Source: Emiliania huxleyi CCMP1516
Lineage: Eukaryota
Length of the DNA: 35,219 bases
Direction: 5' to 3'
Assembly: GCF_000372725.1 (NCBI RefSeq)
Contig: NW_005201176.1
Location: 316,414 to 351,632 of the forward strand
Shown: in pieces, positions 11,949 through 21,614 of the stretch
How positions within the stretch are numbered: the stretch's first letter is position 1
Layout: each line of letters starts with the position of its first letter
Made by a program: the position numbers and the translations under genes
Notes under the pieces: generated by a model
What the model saw: only the letters and a program-made list of their open reading frames with translations
Told to the model about the DNA's origin: nothing
Database searches by the model: none

Positions 11949-12596
11949 GCTCTCTCGCGTGGAGGAGGCTTATCCGCCCCACCTCCTCCTCCCCCGCCAA
12001 CCGTCCCCTTTCCCCCCCCCTCTTCTGGGGCCGGCGGAACTGGCCCAGCTGACGACGGGCCGCACGCGCGGAACCACTCGCTGGTGAGCATGCCGACGTC
12101 GGTCCAATTTGAGCCCCCGCCCTGCCTCTCAATCTATTTATCCCACGGCAGAGTCCAGAGAGAGATCAAGTAGAGTCGGCATCTCTCGTGCGCGCCGAGA
12201 TACTATTCCAGTAATCCTTGTGAGCGGTCGGGAGATAGCAGATAGGACAAGTGGACAACGCGGGCGCGTGGCTGCATGTGTCCGCCGGGTTCGTATACCG
12301 TCCCGCCGGGGCCACACGTCTCACTGACACGTGCGATGAAGCGCGGGATGACCGATATGTGGGGAGACTGTTTTCAAAAAGTTTTTTAACAGTTTGTTCT
12401 CATCTCTCTCGCGGCTCCGCAGACACTGATGTCTGATCTCTCGTTTCTGACATCTGAGCTCCTCTTTTGTGCTGACTCGCGTGGATATGGCATGTCGTTT
12501 CAGGTTCAGCTTTTGTACTTTACATGATGAGACAGTGGCGCGCGACAGCCGACAGGTCGTTCCTGTGCTTCCGTCTCAGCACCGTGTGCTCAGGCC

Positions 12597-13439
12597 TCAG
12601 CGGCACACGGCCACCCGGTCGGAGTAGTCGGCTAGGGGCAGAGCGTTCGGGACGCAGCCCTGACTCGCCTGCAGTAGGAGGAGCACGGCGGCGCCCGCGG
12701 CCACCGACAGACACGAGAGGCCCTCCGCAGCGCCTAGCAAGCCGCCAGGCCGCTCGCCACGCGCCTCGCTGAGGAACGGAAGGCCAGACCCGGTGGAAAC
12801 CTTGCCGTAGAGCGCCGCACCGGCGAGCCCCACCACCAGCAAATAGGAGACGCCCTCGACGAGGCCGACCACGCCGAACGGGCCCGCAGGGAGGCCGCCG
12901 CCCGTAGTGGCGACGCTGTAGAGGGAGGCCCACATGACTGCGTTCGAGCCGAGGCCCGCGGCCGCGGCGGCGGCAACGGAACGAGGCGCCAGCTCGCCGT
13001 CGTCCGCTGCTGCCGCCAGCCGGCGCGACCGAGTTGACAGCGCAGGCGACTGCATCCGTGATGGTGCGGCCGAAGCCGCGTGCAGCATCCGCGGAGGAGC
13101 AGATCGCCCCGCCGCCGGCGGCGGCGGCGGGTTGTGAGAGAGCAGCGGCGAGTTCGGCCCCACCTTGCCGCACGCCCAGACAGGAGAGCCGTCGCCGAAT
13201 GTGAGGCCATTCTGCAGCTCGCAGACGACACCATCGGCCTCGGCGGGCTCCGACGCGAGGAATATGTTGGTCTCCTCGCACGCGCTCTGGTTGCACAGCC
13301 AAGCCACGCCGAGCTCCTCAGACGTAGCGGCCGCCGCCAGCTGCCGCCTCCTGCTATCTGAGGCTGCGCTGCGCAAGCGCTGCAGCTGCGGCGCTGTGCC
13401 GTGCGCAGGCGCGATGGCGCAGACGGCAAAGAGGTGCAT
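12597..13439 (-). CDS. Conserved plant/algal-type membrane protein with duplicated TGxGLP..GxxGxxEGxS motif (probably plastid)
   Basis: WASLYSVATTGGGLPAGPFGVVGLVEGVSYLLVVG and KVSTGSGLP...GGLLGAAEGLSCL form an internal repeat; I recall a similar uncharacterised plant chloroplast protein family (not searched). Confidence 0.7.
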   Translation of the reverse strand: MHLFAVCAIAPAHGTAPQLQRLRSAASDSRRRQLAAAATSEELGVAWLCNQSACEETNIFLASEPAEADGVVCELQNGLTFGDGSPVWACGKVGPNSPLLSHNPPPPPAAGRSAPPRMLHAASAAPSRMQSPALSTRSRRLAAAADDGELAPRSVAAAAAAGLGSNAVMWASLYSVATTGGGLPAGPFGVVGLVEGVSYLLVVGLAGAALYGKVSTGSGLPFLSEARGERPGGLLGAAEGLSCLSVAAGAAVLLLLQASQGCVPNALPLADYSDRVAVCR

Positions 13440-15022
13440 GGGCGGGGGAGGTCGACGAAGCGCGGTCGACGAAGGCTACGCCGCCCCGGGTACCCGAAAT
13501 TCATTATCTTAGTCCCCACAATCGCTGTCGCGGGAGCGCAGTTTGCCAGCTTCTAGGGGTCCTGCCGCTTCGGCAGCAGGTCGGCGGGTGGCGCCGCGCC
13601 TGACCGTATGTCCCTCGAGTCTTGGAGGCGCGGGGGCTATCGGTGCGAGTATACTCTCCGCCTCGCGCGGCTCTATCTGTCCCTCGATCTCTCTCACGTC
13701 CCGCGCAGCGCCGTCGCGCGTGCACACTGTGTCTTATGTCGTGGGGTCTGGGCGCCTCTTTTTACTGTCGGCGTCAAGTGAGCAGAACTGAAACTGTCCG
13801 TGCGAGGAGAGAGAGCGCGCGCCGCGACCGCGCCGTCTAAAAATATCGGTGCTGTTGCGGGTCCGTTTGCGAGCGCGCCCGGGGTGGAGTCGCAGAGATA
13901 CTCGCCAGAGGCGCAGTCGGGCAGTCGGGACGGGGAGAGCGAGCGGATAACGGTATCGTCTACAGTAGATATCTCCCGTCTGCGCTCTGCCGACACCAAC
14001 TTGACGCGCGGAGATCTCTCGCGGATCGGATCGGCGTCTACGCCTCCCCCATTGGGCCGCCGCGAGAGCCTGGCTATTCTGTGTTCACCTTCTATGTACC
14101 ACCGAAACACAACACACAGTACGACACCCGGGGACGTGCCAAAACAAACGTACAAACCGGCAACATGCAGAGACAAGAGCAAAGAGTCATGGATGGAGAC
14201 AGAAAAAAGTGTGAAGACAGCCGAGCGGTCAGATGTCGTCCTGGGGCAACGTGTTCAGTGCGGCAACGAGTTCGAGTGCTGTGGTGGTTATGTTGTGGAG
14301 CTACGACAAACGGCAAAACGTTGTGTGTTTTGTGTTTAGGGGGGGACGGCTTTAGTTAGACCCACAGATTAAGAAGGAAGACTTCCTTCTTAAACATCTC
14401 TCTCAGATTGTGGCATCTATCTGGCTGTCTTCAGTCTATCTCCGCCTGAGTTTACATAGAGTACAGCGAAAACAATCAGCCCGGTTGAATTGCTCATACG
14501 GCCAATCTCCTCAATTTTTAATCTCCTCGAATACGAATTCCGTGGGACCGTGCCCCGTGCGGGGAACCGGAAGAGTGGTTGGTACCGCCTACGGCTCTCT
14601 ACCTCTATAAACCCTCCCCCGCGGTGCTCTCTCGCTCTCCGTCTCCCGAGTCCCCGACGACAATCGATATACGACACGTCTCGTCAGGACTCTCTCACTT
14701 AGATAGCGTTCATAGGGTCCCGTACCATGCGGTATCGACCCTATCAGTGCACAAGCTATATCGTGTGAGGATATGCTCAGGAGGGTCGACACCTGTCGTG
14801 TGGGTTTGTGCATGCTCTCCGGTCTCCTCCCTATACACTACACGCTAGGCTCATTTGCTGTGCTGCTCCATCGCTACTTCGCTAGGCTATCGCGCTTCCC
14901 GCCCCGCTCCGGCACCACGGGGATCGGGACTATGACCAGAGACTCTGCTCTCCGCGCGTCGCAGCCGGCATGCGTGGACGCGGACTGGAATACGGGGAGC
15001 AGCTCCCCGCGCCCCGTTGGCG

Positions 15023-15775
15023 TCAAGAAGTGAAGGCCGTGCCCGCCAGCGCCACGCACACCGTGAGGAAGGCCAGGCCTGCCATCGCGAAGCCGAGCTG
15101 GACATACTTGAGATTGCCCTGTTGACGCGAACGGAGGCGTGTGGGAAGCAGATCCGCAGGGCGCGCGAGAGAGGTGTGGAGTCTCACCGATCCTCGTGCC
15201 CCCCCCTCGCCCGCGATGCAGCGGCCGATCAACGAGCAGTGATGGTCGTGACCAATTACGCAGCGCTGGCAGTAGCGGCAGTGATGCGCCGTCTGCCGCT
15301 TCGCGCGCCGCCGCCAGAAAATGGTGTCCTCTTTGGACTCGACGCCGCCGCTCGGCCGCCAGACGAGGCAGCGCACACAAAACGTCCGACCCGACTCGTC
15401 CTTCACATTCTCCATGCCCTCAGTCGTCTGGCCCGCCGCTAAGCGAGTCTCCACTTCTCGCGGGATGGGAAGCGTGGATTCCGGTGTGCGCTGGATGTGC
15501 GGCGGCTCCACGTACACCACGATCCACACGCATGCCAGCGCGACACCGGTCTCGACGAGGGTGCAGATGAGGAGATACAGTCGCAGGCCGGATGGCGAGA
15601 GGGCGGTGAAGCCGATAAACGCTGCGAAGGTGACGATCACGAGGGCTATGCCGAAAGTTGGGCTGCGACCAGTGCTCGTTGGCGAGGGGAGCGGAGGCAG
15701 TTTGGGAAGAGTTGCCTCGAGGTCCGCTTTGGGAAGAGTAGCCTCGAGGTCCGCGGCGACGTCGACCTCTTTCAT
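15023..15775 (-). CDS. DHHC palmitoyltransferase (zf-DHHC)
   Basis: FCVRCLVWRP...AHHCRYCQRCVIGHDHHCSLIGRCIAG..GNLKY, two N-terminal TM helices. ATG at 15775; probable in-frame 81-nt GC-AG intron 15119-15199; 27-bp tandem duplication (ADLEATLPK x2). Confidence 0.9.
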   Translation of the reverse strand: MKEVDVAADLEATLPKADLEATLPKLPPLPSPTSTGRSPTFGIALVIVTFAAFIGFTALSPSGLRLYLLICTLVETGVALACVWIVVYVEPPHIQRTPESTLPIPREVETRLAAGQTTEGMENVKDESGRTFCVRCLVWRPSGGVESKEDTIFWRRRAKRQTAHHCRYCQRCVIGHDHHCSLIGRCIAGEGGARGSVRLHTSLARPADLLPTRLRSRQQGNLKYVQLGFAMAGLAFLTVCVALAGTAFTS

Positions 15776-15976
15776 TGCCACTCGGCTCTTGATTTCTGGT
15801 TCGCTACCCCTATTGACGCTACTCGCAAAAGAATTCTCGCAAAAGAATTCTTGAGATACAAGCCTCTCGCAAAAGAAATCGGATGACAAGTCGCCTCTCT
15901 CCCTCTCCCTCCCTGGCGTGCCGTTCTCCCATCCCTCCCTTGGGTTGTCTGTTTTCTTTCTTTCTTTTTTCTCCCT

Positions 15977-16062
15977 CCCTCTCCCTCTCCCGCTCCCTCT
16001 CCCTCTCCCTCTCCCTCTCCCTCTCCCTCTCCCTCTCCCTCTCCCTCTCCCTCTCCCTCTCC
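15977..16062. repeat. (CTCTCC)n microsatellite
   Basis: About 14 hexamer units. Confidence 0.95.
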
Positions 16063-16234
16063 CCCCCCCCCTCTACAGAGGCCACAGCGTCCACACATGG
16101 AGCACATATAGTACACCGCACACATGCACACAATACTGTACACACCCGACTATTGACGGGAGCGGACTGAAGACCCGACGAGGATTGGCGAGCAATCGCT
16201 TCAATCCGCCTCTTGGGCGCAGACATACGGACCT

Positions 16235-17832
16235 TCAGCACGTTGGGTCCGTGTCGCCGTCGTCCTGAGCATTCTCGCGCTCCATCTCGCGCGGCTCCGG
16301 CGGCGTGGGCACCTTCAGTGAGCGGGGGGTCTCGACCCACGGCTGGAGGTGGGGAGCGGGCGGCTGGCGGGGAGCCGGCTGGAGTGGCGCCATTGCGCAC
16401 TTGACGAGGGCGCGCGCCATCTTGCGGCCGCCCGCAGAGGAGGGCTCGACACGCGAGTGGTAGTCGGAGCTCGTCTTTCCGTCGAGCACCTCGAAGAGCG
16501 GGAAAGCGACCACTGCGACGCCTATTTCATTGTCGGAGCGTGAGTAGGCGTTACGTGCGACTTGGAATGGTTGCGGGGGGCGCTCGCTCGCCCGGCACGC
16601 GGATTTTCTTGGTGGCGAGCTCGAAGACGGTTCGAATCATTTGCTGCAGCCGGCCGGGCGCCTGTCCACAGCCAAAGGTGTGAACGGTGGATCGACCGCC
16701 GGGAGGCGTTCGGTTGGAGGCGGGCGCCCAGTTGTAGCCGAGGCAGCACAGGGCAGGGTCGGCCCAGCCGTACGGAGTGCACGCGACCTGCGGGGCGAGC
16801 GGGGGCGTGCCGGAGTACTCGAGTAGGAAGTTGCGCGTGTGGTGGTGGGGAGCGGCGCCTCGTCGAGGTAGTAGATCATGCAGACGAGAACCTTGCGCGG
16901 CCGCGTCTTGCCGACCAGCCGCCGCACGTACCTCTCCACCTTGTTGCGGAAGAGGTCGACGATGTAGCCGAGCCCGAGCGGCCACCCCGCCAAGCCCGTC
17001 CGCAGGCAGGCGGCCGTCCCGCACGTCGCGTGGTCGGCGTCGAAGGGGCAGTCCAGCGGGCAGGCGCAGGTGCGCTCGGGCCGGAGGCACGCCTATTCAA
17101 CCCCACAGCGCACGTGAGACGCAAGACGCTGTCTGCACGGCGGGTCCGCTCTCCGGCCGGCGCTGCCTCGGGTGTGAGGGCGAGGGCGCCGACGTTGGCG
17201 AGCGTGGCGAGGAGGGGCTGGAGGGCGATGTCGTTGCCTCCGACCGAGACGAGCAGGGTGTCCTGCTCCTCGAGGTGGTCGCGAAGGAACTCGTCTTGCG
17301 CGTAGAGCCCACACCCGCGCGCGTAGAGCAGGGACATCTCGACCGCCGCGTTGACGCAGAAGTGGCCTTCGGGCCCGCCGTGGCCCTGCGCCTGCAGCTC
17401 CGCGTTGACATGAAAGCAGACGTCCTCCTGCATCGGGCCGGCCAAGGCGTTCTCGTAGCCGTTGCGTGCCGCCGACCAGTCGTGAGGCACCCACGCCTTG
17501 TTGTCGAATGATGAATCGCCAGCAAGCCAGACGGCCGGCCGGCGCCGACCGCCGCGCCCCGGCCGCAGCGCCTCGTGCACAAGGTGCAGGTGCGGGAGCA
17601 GGTGTCCAGTCAACGGACTGTAGTAGTCCTTCGAGCAGACCAGCTTGTTGGCAGCGACTGCTGTCGCCACAGTCCTGCGGCCGCCACCGAAGCCAAGAGC
17701 GGACGCGGCGGCGGCGGCGTAGAAGGCAGCGGGAGTGATCGCCTCGGATCGCTCAGCGTCGTCGGTTCTGGCCTCGGATGCGGTGCATGGGGTCTGGTCG
17801 GCCATGTGGTCTGGGAAGGCTGGACTGACCAT
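16235..17832 (-). CDS. SGNH/GDSL-like hydrolase, multi-exon
   Basis: Block I VWLAGDSSFDNK and block III LLVSVGGNDIAL. Later exons read GLGYIVDLFRNKVERYVRRL..KVLVCMIYYLDE, WADPALCCLGYNW/APGRLQQMIRTVFELAT and AFPLFEVLDGKTSSDYHSRVEPSSAGGRKMA. Confidence 0.8.
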
Positions 17833-18961
17833 GTTGAGACGCACGTCCCCCCCCCCAGATGCAGATGCAAAATAAATAAATAAATAAATAAAAACGCAAA
17901 CCTCTCTACTGTGAGATGGGTAAAAAAACAGGTCCCCGCCCTTGCGATGTTTGTGCAGGGTTCTTTGTGGGTGTGGTCGGCGACTAGCCGGGGTCGCTGC
18001 TCGTCCTGAATTCACACACACTGTGTTCACACGTGTCCCCCCCCCCCCGGCGTGGGCCGTGGTGAATAGCAGAGTAAATGCCACCATGAGTTCGCCGCTG
18101 CACATGGACATGTATCAAGATCGGTGCGTCGCGCGCAGAGACGCTAGCACGGCGCATTTCATTGCAAGTGTTGTGCGAGGGAGTTTTGTCGTACTTTTAG
18201 CTTACTGGGAGAAAAGAGAGAGGGGGTTGTGTTCTCTAGGCCCCTAAGGGCCCTACGCGAAATTCATTGCAACTTTCATGCTTGAGAACCAGCATGCAAT
18301 CATCGAGAGCCCGTCAATACCCGTCGCCGTCCGGGGACGGCATTTCTTGTGTGTGAGAACTAGTGTGCACGGGACCTCAGGCGGCGTACGCGCCTTATGT
18401 CAGTTCAGCCTGATCCGTGATCCGATCTGAGGGGTGGGGGTGGGGGGGGGGTCTGGATGTGACGTGGAATCGATGGACGTCGTGCTCGGCCACGAGTTCT
18501 TTGGCGGCCAGCCCGAGCTCATCCGAAACACGGGCAACCGCGGCTTTGGGGGCCGGAGCCAGAGCGCAGAGGCCTTCCTTCTCCAACGCCGCCAGACGCC
18601 CGCCCCCCCGCCCCCGGCGGTGAACGAGCGCTCGGCGGTGAACGAGCGCAGCGCTCTCGTTAACCGCCGGGGCGGGCGCCTGAGCCTGTGCGCTGTGGCC
18701 CTTGCCCCTGCGCCCTGGCGGCGCCGCTGGCGCTCCTGGTCCTGCACGCTGCAGGCTCCTGGTCCTGCGTAAAAAGCTCACTTCACCGCGGTCCGCGGTA
18801 CTTACCTTTTCTAGCTTCTGTTCCTTATTTTGTTGTAAAATCCTTATTTCATACCCCACTTGGTGAGTGTGCGCAACGAGACCCGGTCTTGCAATGGAAC
18901 TCGCCGTTTAGTTCAGGCAGGTCGATCTCACGCGCCGCCCTTTGTGCTGGCACGTCGCCCC

Positions 18962-20441
18962 ATGGCGCGCGTAGCTATGACAGGGACCGCGGCCGCGGAA
19001 CCGGCGGCGGACGGGGCTGGCGCGCAAGCGCCGGCCACCGTCGTGCTGCCGGGGAGGCGCAGCGGACCCTGGAATAGCTCCGATCGCGCACAACTGGAGG
19101 ACGCAGTGAGTGTCGCAAGGTTGTTCGGTGCGTCTTGTGTCAGGGTGATAAAGCCTGGCTACGCGACCATCGAGGTCGACCTGAAGCACGAGAAGGCCGC
19201 GGGCGACCGCGAGTCGGTGCAGGCGGCGGAGCGCTCGTACATCGAGCGCACCGCGCCGAAGAAGAAGGAGCTCACCAAGGAGCAACTTGCGGCAAAGGCC
19301 GCGGCTCGCAGGGCCAAGAAGACCCGGCAGAAGGCGCGCCGGGCGAAGGAGGCCGGCGAGCGCGCGGCCGCGAGCGAGGCCGAGCGCACGGACTGCCCGC
19401 ACGCGCAGCTACGCCACGAGTCCGACTCCAACTTTAGTGCCTGGGGACATTAAAAAAAGAAGTACCTGTGTTAGTGCCAGTGCGCCCAAGGGAGCCTCTG
19501 CGGTGCCACATAAGCAGCTTAGTGATTGTCGAGACTTTAAAGGACGTTGCCCCCGCCGGCGAGTCCGCGCGGCCCAGGCCGGCCAGAAGGTGTGTGGTGG
19601 CGGCACCATGGCAGGAGTGCGGAGAAGAGCTCGCCGAACGCGAGCAGCAGATGGCCAAAGTGTACCAGCGCGAGAGCCTCGCAAGCGGGCGCAGAAGAAG
19701 CTCGCCGTGACACGATACCGGGCGGTGGTGGTGCTCTGGCGGCTGTGCACAGTGGGCAAAGTCAGGCTGCAGCAGGGCAGCACGATGGTAGTGCCCTGCT
19801 GCAGCCTGGCCTGACATGCACAGGGCAAACAGAGACACTACTATCGTCCGGCGCTCGTCACCGAATCTGGGCGAACTTCGACCGCCGCCACAGCTCGCCA
19901 CGAGCACGCAGCGACAAAATGTTGACTGTACGGAAGTTGAGGCTGGTCGAGAGGAAGAGGCTGCCGTGCGAGCCGGCAGCAGGCCGGCTCGGCGTGGACT
20001 GCCGCGGCGACTTTTATGGGCTTCTTCTGTTCATAGTACCGTATACGGTACTATGGTTTACCCACATTAAGGGAGTGCTCGCTGCCTCCGAGGGAGGGGG
20101 GTAGCGGGTTCGGCGACCTGGTGTAAGCCACGGTCCCTCTGGGCTCCGTTGCGACGAAGGTCGCCCGGGACTGGCTCGCCAACGAGCTCTACGAGCCGTC
20201 CCGGCGCGGCAAAATTGATGCGGCCTGTAGGGACCGAAAGATCGCCGACCTGATCACGGCTGCCGGCGCCTCGGCGCCGGCCGACGCCGTGTTCGGCGGC
20301 AGGTTCGCGACGGGCGAGACGCCCCGCCTGACGACCTCCGCCTCCGAGGCGGACAAGGGCGACGGCGTCGGCGGCGATGGCGGGACCGGCGTCCACTTTG
20401 ACCTTTTCGAGCCGGACCCCACCCCCATGGAGGATCTCTGA
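18962..20441 (+). pseudogene. Interrupted ORF inside the 3.2-kb insertion (Lys/Ala/Arg-rich N-part; start-less C-part 20127-20441)
   Basis: 18962-19409 has strong GC3 coding bias (EVDLKHEK..PKKKELTKEQLAAKAAARRAKK). After the nested ~0.7-kb insert, 20127-20441 is a 104-codon open frame (VATKVARDWLANELYEP...PMEDL*). I could not rejoin the two parts cleanly in frame. Confidence 0.4.
19485..20069 (-). mobile_element. Inverted internal-deletion derivative of the 26540-33984 transposon (full insert perhaps ~19410-20130)
   Basis: 19485-19544 is the exact reverse complement of 33728-33787 (60/60). 19545-20069 is a highly similar reverse complement of 28264-28796. Confidence 0.88.
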
Positions 20442-21614
20442 GGTCCTCCCCAGTTTCACCCCACCTTACCTTTGCCCCCCCCCCCCCCCTCCCCCCATCC
20501 CTCTGCCTCCCATAGGGCAGGATAGCACTAGCATATGCGCCTAGTGCGCACTGGGCCCACACAGATGTGACCCGTCCACTCGAGTGCGGCGCCCGGATGC
20601 TAGTGCTTGAGAGGACACCACAAACGCGGCACGGCCCGTTTTGGCTGTCTGCGGAGATTCTGTCTTTAGTGAGTCATTCGGAGTCATTCGATGGCCAGAG
20701 TGCGATTGTGTGTTGACCTGTTGTGCGGGAGTTGGTTTGTCGGGAGGGAGGGGCAGGCTGCTAACCCACGTGCACCGGGCCAGTGCTTGCACTTTGAATG
20801 CCGTGCGCGGGGCTCCTGCCCCCGTGTTCCGGGTGTGGAGATGCGAGATTGGAGAGAACGAATCCAGGCATAGTGTGTGTAGCACCGCCGCCAACGACTC
20901 CCTGCGACGCCACACTGACAGCTAGACGGAACTCACCAGTCCGATAAGGATCAACTGGAAAGCTGAACCCTGGGCTTATTAGACAGAACGGGCGTGCAGG
21001 CTCCAGGGGAGGCCACGCTCTACCCGGGGCGCTAAGGAGGGAAATCGAAACTGTTGGGCGTCCATCGACAAACAACCCACGATGACACATCGCCAATTCC
21101 CCCCCCCCTGAGGACCGACCCTTGGCACGTAGAGCACGGGTCATCTCGGAGAGAGAAAGGGGAGGGATGAGGGGGGGGATAAGGGAGCCGAGATACGCGG
21201 GAGTACCCTGGGAGTGAGAGCTCTCATTCATGGTCGCTAGAGACCAGGGGAAGCCACCATGGGGAACGGACACCAAGGCACTAACTTCATCACTCATTCA
21301 CCCCGCGCGATCTAGCAAACCCTGGTCGATGGGTCTTTAGGACCGGCGGCCAGCTTCCCACCTAGGCGCCTGGGCAGGGAACCCCCGGCGACGCAAGTGT
21401 GGCCTACACGGTAGCCACAGCTAGTACGCGATACAGGGGCTGGGGGGAGTGGGGCGCCCGCGCCAAGGGGGGGAGAGAATGGAGGGGGGAGACTATGCGT
21501 GCCCGTTCTTTTAGCTAAAGCAATTTTTTTTGTGGAGATGCGACGCCGAGGGTCGCCCCCCTTTCCCCCCCGACGACCACTTTGTGTGTGTGGAGAAATT
21601 TACCTTACCTTACC

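Noticed and set aside
13800..14339. 179-aa ORF with Cys-rich end
   Set aside because: Non-ATG start, no coding-like GC3 bias, no recognisable motif.
15772..16400. ORFs with GEGE, ERER, LSLS or LPLP runs
   Set aside because: Translations of the (CTCTCC)n microsatellite.
18473..18772. Standalone gene MDVVLGHEFFGGQPEL...
   Set aside because: Short, inside the 3.2-kb insertion, no recognisable domain; may be element cargo but is not callable.
21100..21180. Possible hammerhead ribozyme (CTGAGGA...GAAA)
   Set aside because: Stem II is not directly followed by GAAA and I could not build a convincing stem III or cleavage triplet.
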